A stretch of 64,000 nt of DNA from Candidatus Nanoarchaeia archaeon. Its GTDB lineage: Archaea > Nanobdellota > Nanobdellia > Pacearchaeales > GW2011-AR1. The stretch is from assembly GCA_041501125.1 (NCBI GenBank), contig JBGQNO010000003.1, positions 2,399-66,398 on the forward strand. Direction: 5' to 3'. The notes under the pieces are model-generated. The model saw only the letters and a program-made list of their open reading frames with translations, had not been told where the DNA came from and made no database searches. Below, piece after piece: positions 45,613-54,216 of this stretch (position 1 is its first letter; every line of letters begins with the position of its first letter). A program made the position numbers and the translations under genes.

Positions 45613-46518
45613 TTATTTTTTGAATTTGCTTGCAAGAATACTAATTCCAAGCATCCAAATGTGATGTAAGATTCTCCATAGCGGAACAGGGCTGAATTTG
45701 GTTGCGAATTTCTTTTCAATTACTTTCTGTTTTATTGAGTTTCTGAATTCTTCTTCGCTTTCATAATTCAAGTCTGCTGGATTAAAAATATTATATGCGT
45801 TGCCTATGTCTTTGATATGATGCCCATCAGCATTGGCAACAAACGGCTTGTTGTATGTCTTTGCTGCGCGTTCTGTTCTGATGTTAGAGAGTGAAAAAGG
45901 AAAGTATGTATTGCCGTTTCTTTCAAGTGCATCAAATTTAGTTATATATCTTAACCCGTCTTCTGATTTCAATATGCCTTTGGCAGCACTCCAACTTTTA
46001 GCAGCATATGGATGGTCTGCTATCACTAGTTCATCTTCGACATATTCAAGCGTTTCATCAAGTGATTTATGAAGTGGAATACGCTTGTTTCTTTCTATTC
46101 CTGCAACAAGCAAATGCCCTTGGTGGGTTGGAATTTCCTGGCTTTTACCCAATGCAACAACTTTGCCATCCTTCATAGCAAATACAAAGTATCTACTAAC
46201 TGCAAGATCATATCCGTTTTTTTCAGCATCTTTTATTTGTTCATTGGAGGTAAAATCTTCGTATCTTACATCCTCAAAATTAGTGACGTAAAGAGCATCC
46301 AAGCCAGATGCAATGGTTTTGTCTAAAATTTCTGTTAAACTTAAAGAACATTCTTCTGTGAGCAATGCTTTAATCCTATTCCAAAGCCCTTTTGGCTTTT
46401 GTCTCAACTGGCCGCCTATATACAGGTGATAATGAACGTGATTATGAAAATCTGCCCGCAATCCATTTTTGCTTTCAGCTTGCGTTTTTAGTGCTGTAAG
46501 ATAGTCTGTAATGTTCAT
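45613..46518 (-). CDS. Possible PHP-family metal-dependent phosphoesterase
   Basis: ADFHNHVHYH, ADHPYA, NADGHH His-rich motifs; weak. Confidence 0.35.
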   Translation of the reverse strand: MNITDYLTALKTQAESKNGLRADFHNHVHYHLYIGGQLRQKPKGLWNRIKALLTEECSLSLTEILDKTIASGLDALYVTNFEDVRYEDFTSNEQIKDAEKNGYDLAVSRYFVFAMKDGKVVALGKSQEIPTHQGHLLVAGIERNKRIPLHKSLDETLEYVEDELVIADHPYAAKSWSAAKGILKSEDGLRYITKFDALERNGNTYFPFSLSNIRTERAAKTYNKPFVANADGHHIKDIGNAYNIFNPADLNYESEEEFRNSIKQKVIEKKFATKFSPVPLWRILHHIWMLGISILASKFKK

Positions 46519-46602
46519 AGCAACCCTATTTTGTGATGCTTTATAAATTTTGCTAATTGTTACTATTTAATAGTTGCATAAATTGTTAAGAGAATTATTA
46601 AA

Positions 46603-46845
46603 ATGAGAGGGTTAGTGATTTTAATGATAATCAAAGTAAAAGCCAGGCCAAACTCGAATGAGCAGACTGTCGAAGAGAAAGAAGGGGTTTTGCACGTTTC
46701 TTTGAAAGAATTCTCAGAGCGTAACAAGGCAAATATTGAACTTATCAATCTACTAGCTAAATATTTTAATACCTCTGTAACAAATATAAGAATATTAAGA
46801 GGCAAGACTTCAAGGAATAAAATATTGGAGATAAAAGACAAATGA
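46603..46845 (+). CDS. DUF167 (YggU) family protein
   Basis: IKVKARPNSNEQTV..LHVSLKEFSERNKANIELINLLAKYF..IRILRGKTSRNKILEI fits the DUF167 pattern. Confidence 0.6.
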   Translation: MRGLVILMIIKVKARPNSNEQTVEEKEGVLHVSLKEFSERNKANIELINLLAKYFNTSVTNIRILRGKTSRNKILEIKDK

Positions 46846-47060
46846 AAATAACTGTCAAGGCAAGATTCAATGCGACCCAGCAAAGACTTGAGAAATTCAG
46901 CCCTGGAAATTATCTGATGTATCTTGGAATTCCCGAGGGAGAGAATGCTGTTTCTGTAATCGCTTATGTGATGTCAAAGCAGCTTGGCGTGCCATTGAAC
47001 AAAATTGCTCCAAATGGAAGGGATGTTCACGGAAATTACATTTTTGAGGTTCTTGCATGA
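46842..47060 (+). CDS. Small protein, possibly a second divergent DUF167 paralogue
   Basis: MKITVKARFNATQQRLEKF..; 4-nt overlap at both ends with its neighbours. Confidence 0.3.
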   Translation: MKITVKARFNATQQRLEKFSPGNYLMYLGIPEGENAVSVIAYVMSKQLGVPLNKIAPNGRDVHGNYIFEVLA

Positions 47061-47428
47061 AGTATGAACTTGCTCCTGATTTGAAGGAAAAGGCTTTTGA
47101 CATCATTGAAAAACTGGGCATGTCGCATGTGAGAAAAGATGATATTGAATGCATACGAAGCCACGGCACTTCAACGAGCAGGATTATTGCGCGATGCCAC
47201 GGATTGAACAAGGTCATGCAGAAAGCACTTCAAAGAAAAGCGTTCTATGTTCTTGAATTCTTGTCAGAAAGGTTTGATAAAATGTCTTCCGAAGAGCAGA
47301 TAAAAGTCATAATCCATGAATTGATGCATATTCCGAATGCATTTGGCGGCGGCTTTCGCCATCATGATTTTGTGACTGACAGGAATGTTGAGTCCTTATA
47401 TAAAAAGCTGAAAAACCTCCAATTCTGA
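47057..47428 (+). CDS. Small putative zinc metallopeptidase (HExxH)
   Basis: VIIHELMHIP motif in a 123-aa protein. Confidence 0.45.
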   Translation: MKYELAPDLKEKAFDIIEKLGMSHVRKDDIECIRSHGTSTSRIIARCHGLNKVMQKALQRKAFYVLEFLSERFDKMSSEEQIKVIIHELMHIPNAFGGGFRHHDFVTDRNVESLYKKLKNLQF

Positions 47429-47520
47429 TGTAGTCATTTTCTCGTCGGGAAATTAAAAGAAAAGGTTTATAAACTTTATCGACATTAAATGATTAGATTT
47501 AACTTAAAGGGAGGTAAAAA

Positions 47521-47643
47521 ATGGGTTCAATAATCGCTAAAGGCATTGTAAGAAGAAAGCCAGGGTATCTTTACTATGTTGACGGCAAAGGCAATGTTTG
47601 TGAAGCAAAGATGGCTCGCGGTGGAAAGAAGAAGAGAAAGTAA
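47521..47643 (+). CDS. 40-aa basic micro-protein
   Basis: MGSIIAKGIVRRKPGYLYYVDGKGNVCEAKMARGGKKKRK. Strong SD AGGGAGGT 5 nt upstream, TATA-like GGTTTATAAAC at about 47464, oligo-T tract after the stop. Below the track cutoff. Confidence 0.45.
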   Translation: MGSIIAKGIVRRKPGYLYYVDGKGNVCEAKMARGGKKKRK

Positions 47644-47690
47644 TTTTCTTCACTTTTCTTATTTTTTTCTATTTTTAATTTTTTATGTTT
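47644..47690 (+). terminator. Oligo-T tract
   Basis: TTTTCTTCACTTTTCTTATTTTTTTCTATTTTTAATTTTTT after the micro-ORF. Confidence 0.4.
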
Positions 47691-47707
47691 CTGGTTAAGC
47701 TTTTAAA

Positions 47708-48214
47708 TTGAGCGTTCTTTTGAATTCTATGATATCTCAAGAGAGATGCGAGAAACTTTTGAAAAAAGTCAGAAAGGATTTTCCCATACTTAATAACAGT
47801 AGAATAATCATAAAAATAGAAAAAATGAAAACTGGCTCTATGGGAGCTTACAAAAAGCTTTTTCATTATCTTTTAATTATAGACCCTATCAAGTACAATG
47901 ATGCCACTAATCAACAGATTTCAGGAGCATTAGCACATGAACTAATGCATTTTGAAACTTACGAGAAATATGGCTGGAAAAGATACATTTTGGAATATTT
48001 TGCTTATCTTTTTTTTAAAAGATTGATGACTCAGTATGAGAAAGAGAATGATAGACAAGTCATACAAAGAGGATATGCGAGAGAATTATATGCTAACCGG
48101 GCTTACAGAATTAAGAAAATATCTGCATCAGAATTTAAAAAGATTGGAGCTTGTTATTTGCTGCCTAATGAAATTAAGGCCTATGCAAAGAGAATAGGAA
48201 AATGGAGAGTATAG
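47708..48214 (+). CDS. Hypothetical protein with HExxH motif
   Basis: GALAHELMHFETYEKYGW; second HELMH-containing ORF within 1 kb. Confidence 0.4.
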   Translation: MSVLLNSMISQERCEKLLKKVRKDFPILNNSRIIIKIEKMKTGSMGAYKKLFHYLLIIDPIKYNDATNQQISGALAHELMHFETYEKYGWKRYILEYFAYLFFKRLMTQYEKENDRQVIQRGYARELYANRAYRIKKISASEFKKIGACYLLPNEIKAYAKRIGKWRV

Positions 48215-48215
48215 A

Positions 48216-49196
48216 ATGATACTCGGAATTGAATCAACTGCGCATACATTTGGTGTTGGCATTATTGAGAAAGGCAAGATACTTGCGAATGTCAAGGATA
48301 CTTATACAACTGAGAAAGGCGGCATAATTCCTGTCCAGGCTGCAAAGCATCATAAAGAGAAAGCTGAACAAATTTATCAGAAAGCGCTTGAATTTGCTGA
48401 TGTAGACGAGAAAGAAATTAAAGCAATTGCATACTCGCACGGACCTGGGCTTGCGCCTTGCTTGGCTGAAGGTGTCAGATTTGTAAAGAAACTTGCTGAG
48501 AGGCTGCAAGTACCGCTGGTGCCTGTTAATCATTGTGTTGCTCATTTGGAAATTGGCAGAATGACTGGGTGCAAAAATCCTGTCTTGCTTTATGTTTCTG
48601 GCGCTAATACTCAGATAATTTCCTATGAAGCAGGAAAGTTCAGGATTTTTGGCGAGACTCTGGATGTTGGAGTTGGAAATTTTATTGATACATTCGCGCG
48701 TTACTTGGGACTCGGATTTCCAGGAGGACCTAAGATTGCACAACTTGCCGAGAAAGGCAAGAAGTATATTGAACTTCCGTATTCTATAAAAGGAATGGAT
48801 GTTGCATTTTCAGGTATGTTGACTAATCTGAAACAAAAAATTGGTAAATATTCTACAGAAGATTTGGCTTATAGCATGCAAGAGACTGCTTTTGCAATGC
48901 TTGTTGAAGCAAGTGAGCGGGCAATGGCTCATATAGGCAAAACTGAATTGTTGCTCGGTGGCGGAGTTGCATGCAATACTAGACTGCAGGAAATGTGCAG
49001 GATTATGTGCAAGGAGCGGGCAGCAAAATTCTTTGTTCCTGATTGTTCCTTGCTGGTTGATAATGGCGCGATGATTGCTTATCTTGGAGAAATAATGTTT
49101 CATGCAGGAATTCATGAAAACTGGGATAAAGCAGATTTCAATCCAAGAGAAAGGACTGATGACATTGATGTTAAATGGCGTTCTCTGGTGCGTTAA
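48216..49196 (+). CDS. kae1: Kae1 (tRNA t6A37 threonylcarbamoyltransferase), not fused to Bud32
   Basis: MILGIESTAHTFGVGI, HCVAHLE, GGGVACN motifs. The last 4 codons plus stop are supplied by the left terminal repeat of the inserted element. Confidence 0.9.
   Translation: MILGIESTAHTFGVGIIEKGKILANVKDTYTTEKGGIIPVQAAKHHKEKAEQIYQKALEFADVDEKEIKAIAYSHGPGLAPCLAEGVRFVKKLAERLQVPLVPVNHCVAHLEIGRMTGCKNPVLLYVSGANTQIISYEAGKFRIFGETLDVGVGNFIDTFARYLGLGFPGGPKIAQLAEKGKKYIELPYSIKGMDVAFSGMLTNLKQKIGKYSTEDLAYSMQETAFAMLVEASERAMAHIGKTELLLGGGVACNTRLQEMCRIMCKERAAKFFVPDCSLLVDNGAMIAYLGEIMFHAGIHENWDKADFNPRERTDDIDVKWRSLVR
49173..49180. repeat. Putative 8-bp target-site duplication, left copy (AAATGGCG)
   Basis: Identical direct copy at 53965-53972, both just outside the inverted repeats. 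Confidence 0.6.
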
Positions 49197-49199
49197 GTG
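49181..49199. repeat. Left terminal inverted repeat
   Basis: TTCTCTGGTGCGTTAAGTG; the reverse complement of the right end is ATACTCTGGTGCGTTAAGTG. Confidence 0.7.
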
Positions 49200-49243
49200 G
49201 GCTTTTTAGTAAGGATTAAAAAGTTAAGTTTTCTTTATCCTTT

Positions 49244-49408
49244 ATGGCAGTTCCAACAAGAAAACAAGTAGATAGAAATATGAGATTGAGACAAATGTGG
49301 AAAGAACTAAATAAAAAAGAAAAATCAGAGTCACAACAACTTACAGAAGAAGAACATAAAAAAAGGCTTGAAATGTTAAAAAATATAGGTATCATAAAGC
49401 AACAATAA
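49244..49408 (+). CDS. 54-aa hypothetical protein (first gene inside the element)
   Basis: MAVPTRKQVDRNMRLRQMWKELNKKEKSESQQLTEEEHKKRLEMLKNIGIIKQQ; stop is 2 nt before the endonuclease-candidate start. Controller-protein role is speculation. Confidence 0.3.
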   Translation: MAVPTRKQVDRNMRLRQMWKELNKKEKSESQQLTEEEHKKRLEMLKNIGIIKQQ

Positions 49409-49410
49409 AA

Positions 49411-50235
49411 ATGACAGACAATCCAGAAGAAATAAAACAAAAGATAAAAGAGCAGTTTAAAAAACTACTATCTGAAAAACCTACTTTGATTAAAGGATTA
49501 GATAATCCTGAAGCTTATGGACATGCTGCAGGAACTCCTTTAGAAGAATGGGTTAAACAAGAACTTAAAATTCATAAATGGAGAGTATACTTTCCTAATG
49601 AATTTTTAGCTGAGATTTTTAATAAAATAAAGGACATTCCGAAGATATTAATTTTCTTAAAATCATGTTGGTGGAATAGACTAATATTCACGCCAAAACA
49701 ACTTCTTGCTTTCAGGGAAGGGAAAGAAATACAAAGATGGCAACAAGAAGGGGCAGATTTGGTTTTATTTTATGGAGAAGATATTATAAAAGAGCCAAAT
49801 AAAATCATTCTTCTGAATGTTAAGTCGCATGAGTCATCAAGAGATAGCAGACCTCCAAATATCATGTCGGCACAAAGATTACTTGAATTTTTCTCTAATT
49901 TATCAGATATGAAGAATAGTGAGGAAATGCTTAAATTATCTGAGTTATGGTTTTTGGGTGGAGTTTATAGTGCTACTTCTGGTGGTGGAAAATTAGAAAG
50001 TATTACAATCAAAGATTTATTTAGATTAGATGTTTCTAAAATCCCTCAAATTAACTTTGATGCTGCTATTCAAATTCAATGGCATGTAACAGATATGATA
50101 GAAATATCTCAGACTAAGAAAAAGTTTGTAAATAGTTTAGCTGATGATTTCTTAAAAAGATGGAATCATCATTCATGCTCAAAACAAAAGAAATATGAGT
50201 CTTTGGTTAAAAAAATAAAGTCAATTACTAAATAA
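49411..50235 (+). CDS. Putative Type II restriction endonuclease
   Basis: Convergent with, and overlapping by 8 nt, an N6-adenine MTase. GADLVLFYGED..IILLNVKSHE resembles a PD..(D/E/N)xK core. No family recognised. Confidence 0.5.
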   Translation: MTDNPEEIKQKIKEQFKKLLSEKPTLIKGLDNPEAYGHAAGTPLEEWVKQELKIHKWRVYFPNEFLAEIFNKIKDIPKILIFLKSCWWNRLIFTPKQLLAFREGKEIQRWQQEGADLVLFYGEDIIKEPNKIILLNVKSHESSRDSRPPNIMSAQRLLEFFSNLSDMKNSEEMLKLSELWFLGGVYSATSGGGKLESITIKDLFRLDVSKIPQINFDAAIQIQWHVTDMIEISQTKKKFVNSLADDFLKRWNHHSCSKQKKYESLVKKIKSITK

Positions 50236-51793
50236 CTTTATATAACTTTTTTACTAATGAATTGACAATTTGTTCTTGTTTGTTATCATTTCTTATTAAG
50301 TCAGTCCTTTCTATTATCTCATTATAAAGTTTTACTTCTTCTTGGTTGTTCCAATTTATACTTCTTATTGGTATCACTGACAAAGGTTTCTCTGAGAACT
50401 CTAAAACTCCGCCACGCCTAAGACCCCGATATTTAAGCCAACTGAATATCAAATCTGAGTTTAGTATAGCCAAAAAGTATCTTAAATCCTCTTTAACATT
50501 ATTTTTCTTTACGAGCACTGTTACATCTTGGGTTATGTAGTAATCTCCTTCTACCAAAGAAAATCTGACATATTGCCGTTTATCAAATCTTTCTTTGCAT
50601 GGAACAACTATCTTATATTGGTTCTCTATAAGTTTCTTATTTCTAAGAAATACCCAGTGCCACCATGGAATATCTTTATTATAACTATATCTTTGCGTTA
50701 GTTTATCTTTATATTTTAAAAGATGCTTTTTTATATTAGGCAAAGTGTTTAAATCTTCTTCTGAGAATATGCCATCGTTTAAGTAAGCATAATAATAGAA
50801 TCCATCAGAAAAATATTTTTTAAGATTCTTAGCTTTTACAACCTCTATTAAAAAGTTTTTTTCTCTTTCTGTAAAGTTCTGAGTATCATTAATTTGAAAC
50901 GCTTTATCTAATCCACTGACCATTCCATTACCTATGTCTACAAAATCACCTAAAGTAGAATTAGCGGAACTTTCAATCTGCTTAATTAATGGCTCTATTT
51001 TAGGTGGCAGTGGTTTCCAAGGTTCTCCATCAATAAATTGTTGATGCAAGTATGACTCATAGTCGTCATTATCTACTCCTATACCCTGTTTTAATCCATT
51101 AAGCATATTGCAAATGTCATTTATTACTTTTTGGGTTATACCTTTTTTGCTCTTAACATTAATTACTTTTATTTTGTTATTTTGTTTAGTTTTAACAAAT
51201 CTAAATATTAAGATATTAGATGAAACTTTATCAAAGACTTTCATTTCCCCGAAATTAATCATGTGGGTTATTTCCCCCTCATTTGCTAATTTGTCTCTAA
51301 TTATTTTGGCATGTAAAGTTGAAGTCCAAAATGTAGGAGTGATAAATATTAATTCTCCACCATTTTCTAATAAATCAATTGAGAGCAGAATAAATGGATA
51401 GAGCAAGTCATTTAAACCATTTATTTTTGTTTTCCAATAATCATCTTCTTTCAATTTCTTTTGAGTGTCAGAATCTATATTTTTCCATCTTACATATGGC
51501 GGATTACCAATTATTACTTGAAATTTCCTGTCTGGTCTTTCAAATAAAGTGTCTTTATAACTTATTTTTACATCCGAGTTATTTTTTAAAGTATTATCTA
51601 TTTCAAAAGCAGTAATATCATCAAACTTCTTTTCTTTTAAAGATTGCAGAAAAATACCTTCCCCCGCACATGGTTCAAATATAGAAGGTTTTTTAGATTC
51701 TATTAACTCAACCATAAAATCTGTTACCTCTTTTGGAGTAAAGTATTGTCCTTTAATCTTTTTCTTTGCCATGATATATTCTAGTTTCTTCAT
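50228..51793 (-). CDS. N6-adenine DNA methyltransferase (gamma class, TaqI/Eco57I-like)
   Basis: GQYFTPKEV, motif I FEPCAGEGIF, motif IV IIGNPPYV, large C-terminal target-recognition domain. Confidence 0.85.
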   Translation of the reverse strand: MKKLEYIMAKKKIKGQYFTPKEVTDFMVELIESKKPSIFEPCAGEGIFLQSLKEKKFDDITAFEIDNTLKNNSDVKISYKDTLFERPDRKFQVIIGNPPYVRWKNIDSDTQKKLKEDDYWKTKINGLNDLLYPFILLSIDLLENGGELIFITPTFWTSTLHAKIIRDKLANEGEITHMINFGEMKVFDKVSSNILIFRFVKTKQNNKIKVINVKSKKGITQKVINDICNMLNGLKQGIGVDNDDYESYLHQQFIDGEPWKPLPPKIEPLIKQIESSANSTLGDFVDIGNGMVSGLDKAFQINDTQNFTEREKNFLIEVVKAKNLKKYFSDGFYYYAYLNDGIFSEEDLNTLPNIKKHLLKYKDKLTQRYSYNKDIPWWHWVFLRNKKLIENQYKIVVPCKERFDKRQYVRFSLVEGDYYITQDVTVLVKKNNVKEDLRYFLAILNSDLIFSWLKYRGLRRGGVLEFSEKPLSVIPIRSINWNNQEEVKLYNEIIERTDLIRNDNKQEQIVNSLVKKLYKVI

Positions 51794-51797
51794 CTTT

Positions 51798-52727
51798 TTA
51801 ATTATTTATACTGCTCAATTTAATTAATTCAAGCCATCTATTCGGAGTCTGAAATTGTAAAGAAGGTATGGCTAACTCGCTTGGAGTTTTGCCATTCAGA
51901 GATTCATGCTTTCTTATGAAATTGTAATAAACTTCCAAGCATTTCATAACTGCATAAGCACTTTCAACCGAGCCGTGCATACCTCTGAAGCCAGTTGTTC
52001 TTTGTCTGATAGAATTATGCAATCTCTCAACCCAGATGTTAAAACCCTCACCTTTGCTTTGAGTAACTATTTTATGCTGAACATTATATTTTCCAGTGTG
52101 CCTGTCATATCCAAAAGTCTTTTTTACAATATTTGTATAAGCAGGAAAGCCGTCTGTTGTAACTATCTTAATCCCATCTGCTTTGTTTTTGATGTTGGAC
52201 AATAACCTCTTTAGATTAGCTTGGCTTCTATTCTTTACATAAGCTGAATTAATCATAAATCTTGATTTAACATCTATCCCATCAATAAACCAATTCTTAT
52301 CTATTCCTCGCCTTTGCTTATGACTCTTTCGCCTGTGAAACTCCATCTCATCTACTTCTATATAACTGCCTGTCTGAAGTTTCAATTTGTCTGTAAAAGA
52401 AGCCATCTTTAAGCTAAACTTTCTAATCCATCTCAAAATAGTGCTATGGTCTGAATTATGTGGGAAGAACGCCTTAAAGTGTTCCTGAACTCCTCTTGTG
52501 CTTAATCCTCTGCAAAACAAGTCTAAGGCACAGGTTATCTTTTGAGGGCTATTTCTCATTCTAAAGAATGAGTCTTGAGGTATAAACCTTTTAGAACAGG
52601 ACTTACAAAAGTATCTTTGCCTCTTTCCATGTGCTTCTGTCTGCTTGAATCCTCGTTTAACTATCTCTTTACTTTTGCAGTGAGGACATTCTATACTCTG
52701 TATCATAATATATTCAGGTACCACCAC
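51798..52727 (-). CDS. DDE transposase with N-terminal zinc finger (IS6/IS1-like)
   Basis: CPHCKSKEIVKRG..QRYFCKSCSKRF zinc finger (as in IS1 InsA). VDEM.., TTDGFPAY, ERLHNSIRQRTTGFRGM..AYAVMKCLEVYYNFIRKHESLNGKTP resemble IS6/IS240 and IS1 catalytic regions. Confidence 0.8.
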   Translation of the reverse strand: MVVPEYIMIQSIECPHCKSKEIVKRGFKQTEAHGKRQRYFCKSCSKRFIPQDSFFRMRNSPQKITCALDLFCRGLSTRGVQEHFKAFFPHNSDHSTILRWIRKFSLKMASFTDKLKLQTGSYIEVDEMEFHRRKSHKQRRGIDKNWFIDGIDVKSRFMINSAYVKNRSQANLKRLLSNIKNKADGIKIVTTDGFPAYTNIVKKTFGYDRHTGKYNVQHKIVTQSKGEGFNIWVERLHNSIRQRTTGFRGMHGSVESAYAVMKCLEVYYNFIRKHESLNGKTPSELAIPSLQFQTPNRWLELIKLSSINN

Positions 52728-52866
52728 TATTTAAGTCTTTCTACATACATAAAAATGAAGAATGAATATAATGAGATTATTCAATACAGATTTTAACTCA
52801 TTTTAATATATCTTCATTTTTTTAAGAACCAAAAGATTTAAAAGCAAGGTTTCCCATCAAATTACT

Positions 52867-53607
52867 ATGGCAGACAAGATATTATCGAGACCCCCATATC
52901 CGAGTACAGGACAGGCAGACGCAATCTTAGATATTTTTAGAAGAGTTAGTCCAAAAAAGATAGACTCCAAATTTGTAGCCGAGAATGAAATAGCCACAGC
53001 ACCCAATGCCTCAAACGTAGTCAATTTCTTAAAATACTTGGGTATAATTGACTCTGAAAATAATGTAAAAGACGAAGTTGCAAATAAACTTAGATTAATT
53101 GGAGCAGAAAGGGATAAATATATTGCTGAACTTATTAAAAAAGCATATAAGGATATATTTGAGGGAGTAAATTTACAACAGGCTAGGAGAGAGGACTTAA
53201 TTAACTTCTTTATCCATGCTTATAACTATGGTACTGCTCCAGCAAAGAACTCCTCATTATTATTCTTACATTTATGTGAAAAGTATGGTATTCCAATTTC
53301 AGATGAACTTAGAAAGAAGACGCATACAGGAGTAACTGGAACAAACAGAATTGAAAAAAAGACAGTTCAGTCAAGGTCAAAAATTGAGAAAAGTTTCTCG
53401 GTTAAACCTGAACAAGATAATGAACAGAAAGTAGGAGTTATAATTTTGAGTATTAGGGGGAACGGATTAAATAAGCAGGTAGAAGCAAAAAATGCCAACG
53501 AACTTCAGAAATTGTATGAGGGAAAATTTAAAGAATTTATAGAAGCAGGAAAGCATTTATTTGATGACGAAGAACTTACAACTGAAGAAAAGACAGAGGA
53601 TTTATAA
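52867..53607 (+). CDS. Hypothetical cargo protein
   Basis: Track ORF 246 aa. The N-terminal half faintly recalls DUF5343, which I cannot verify. Acidic C-terminus. Confidence 0.35.
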   Translation: MADKILSRPPYPSTGQADAILDIFRRVSPKKIDSKFVAENEIATAPNASNVVNFLKYLGIIDSENNVKDEVANKLRLIGAERDKYIAELIKKAYKDIFEGVNLQQARREDLINFFIHAYNYGTAPAKNSSLLFLHLCEKYGIPISDELRKKTHTGVTGTNRIEKKTVQSRSKIEKSFSVKPEQDNEQKVGVIILSIRGNGLNKQVEAKNANELQKLYEGKFKEFIEAGKHLFDDEELTTEEKTEDL

Positions 53608-53698
53608 ATTATAGTCAGACGTGACACATAAGGGGACACACCGAGGGAAAGCGTACATTCCAAGTATGTTAGTACCTCAATGTCTTATGTTTTTAATG

Positions 53699-53875
53699 CT
53701 AGTCTTTTGTTTCTTTTAAATCTTTCTCAATAACAATCTTTTCTTTTTCAATTTTAGCTTTCAAATCCTTGCCTAAAAGATTAGAATCCTCTACTACTTT
53801 TTTAGGTAGATTAAGAACATACTTATCATATTTTGTGTCTCCAACTTTTTTTGAAAAAACTTTTAGGATTTTCAT
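53699..53875 (-). CDS. AbrB/SpoVT-like small DNA-binding protein (58 aa)
   Basis: MKILKVFSKKVGDTKYDKYVLNLPKKVVEDSNLLGKDLKAKIEKEKIVIEKDL fits the looped-hinge-helix pattern (x-I/L-P-K-x-x-x-x-x-L-G..G-x-x-L..I-x-I-E-K). Below the track cutoff. Confidence 0.5.
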   Translation of the reverse strand: MKILKVFSKKVGDTKYDKYVLNLPKKVVEDSNLLGKDLKAKIEKEKIVIEKDLKETKD

Positions 53876-53944
53876 AAATCTTTAAGGTACTGATTGTTTT
53901 TAAGTTTTATGGTACCATAATAAAAAATAAGGATTATTTATGGA

Positions 53945-53964
53945 CACTTAACGCACCAGAGTAT
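53945..53964. repeat. Right terminal inverted repeat
   Basis: CACTTAACGCACCAGAGTAT. Confidence 0.7.
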
Positions 53965-53972
53965 AAATGGCG
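53965..53972. repeat. Putative 8-bp target-site duplication, right copy (AAATGGCG)
   Basis: Followed by ATAG, which completes CGA TAG (Arg-stop) when joined to the left flank. Confidence 0.6.
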
Positions 53973-54124
53973 ATAGGCTTTTAAACCGCGAATTTCTCGC
54001 TTTAACATGACAGCTCAAAACCTTTGGAGGTTAGTTCATCTCGCGAAGAGATAATTGCAGCTGCAGCTTTCTAAGTTCTGACAATGTTTTTATACCTAAA
54101 TTCGGTAATTATAAATATAGATAT

Positions 54125-54196
54125 GGCGGATGTAGTACATTGGTAGTACGCTCGGCTGTGGCCCGGGCGAAGAGGGTCCGATTCCCTCCTTCCGCT
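54125..54196 (+). tRNA. tRNA-His (anticodon GUG) with genome-encoded G-1
   Basis: G GCGGATG TA GTAC ATTGGTA GTAC G CTCGG CTGTGGC CCGGG CGAA GAGGG TCCGATT CCCTC CTTCCGC T. It has one U6-U67 mismatch, T at position 73 and a T-loop with C55. Confidence 0.8.
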
Positions 54197-54216
54197 TATT
54201 TAATTGAGGTGAAATA

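Larger units (their letters stand above)
49181..53964. mobile_element. 4.8-kb TIR-bounded cargo transposon carrying an R-M system and a DDE transposase
   Basis: 17-bp perfect inverted repeat 49183-49199 / 53945-53961, flanking 8-bp direct repeat, internal transposase. The reconstructed empty site restores a clean kae1 stop. Confidence 0.7.

Noticed and set aside
49216-49440. 74-aa Cys/Phe-rich minus-strand ORF
   Set aside because: It is antisense to the better-supported 54-aa plus-strand ORF and has an implausible composition.
51787-52825. Direct repeat TCTTCAT(C/T)TTTTTA flanking the transposase gene (51787-51800 and 52812-52825), considered as the TSD of a minimal IS
   Set aside because: The sequence is low-complexity and AT-rich, overlaps a start-codon context, and has no inverted repeats inside it. 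The 17-bp IR plus 8-bp DR at 49173/53972 is a far better boundary.
54109-54117. TTATAAATA as the tRNA-His TATA box
   Set aside because: It is centred only about 12 nt from the tRNA 5' end, which is too close. TTTTTATA at 54087-54094 is the more plausible box, but it is still uncertain, so neither was annotated.
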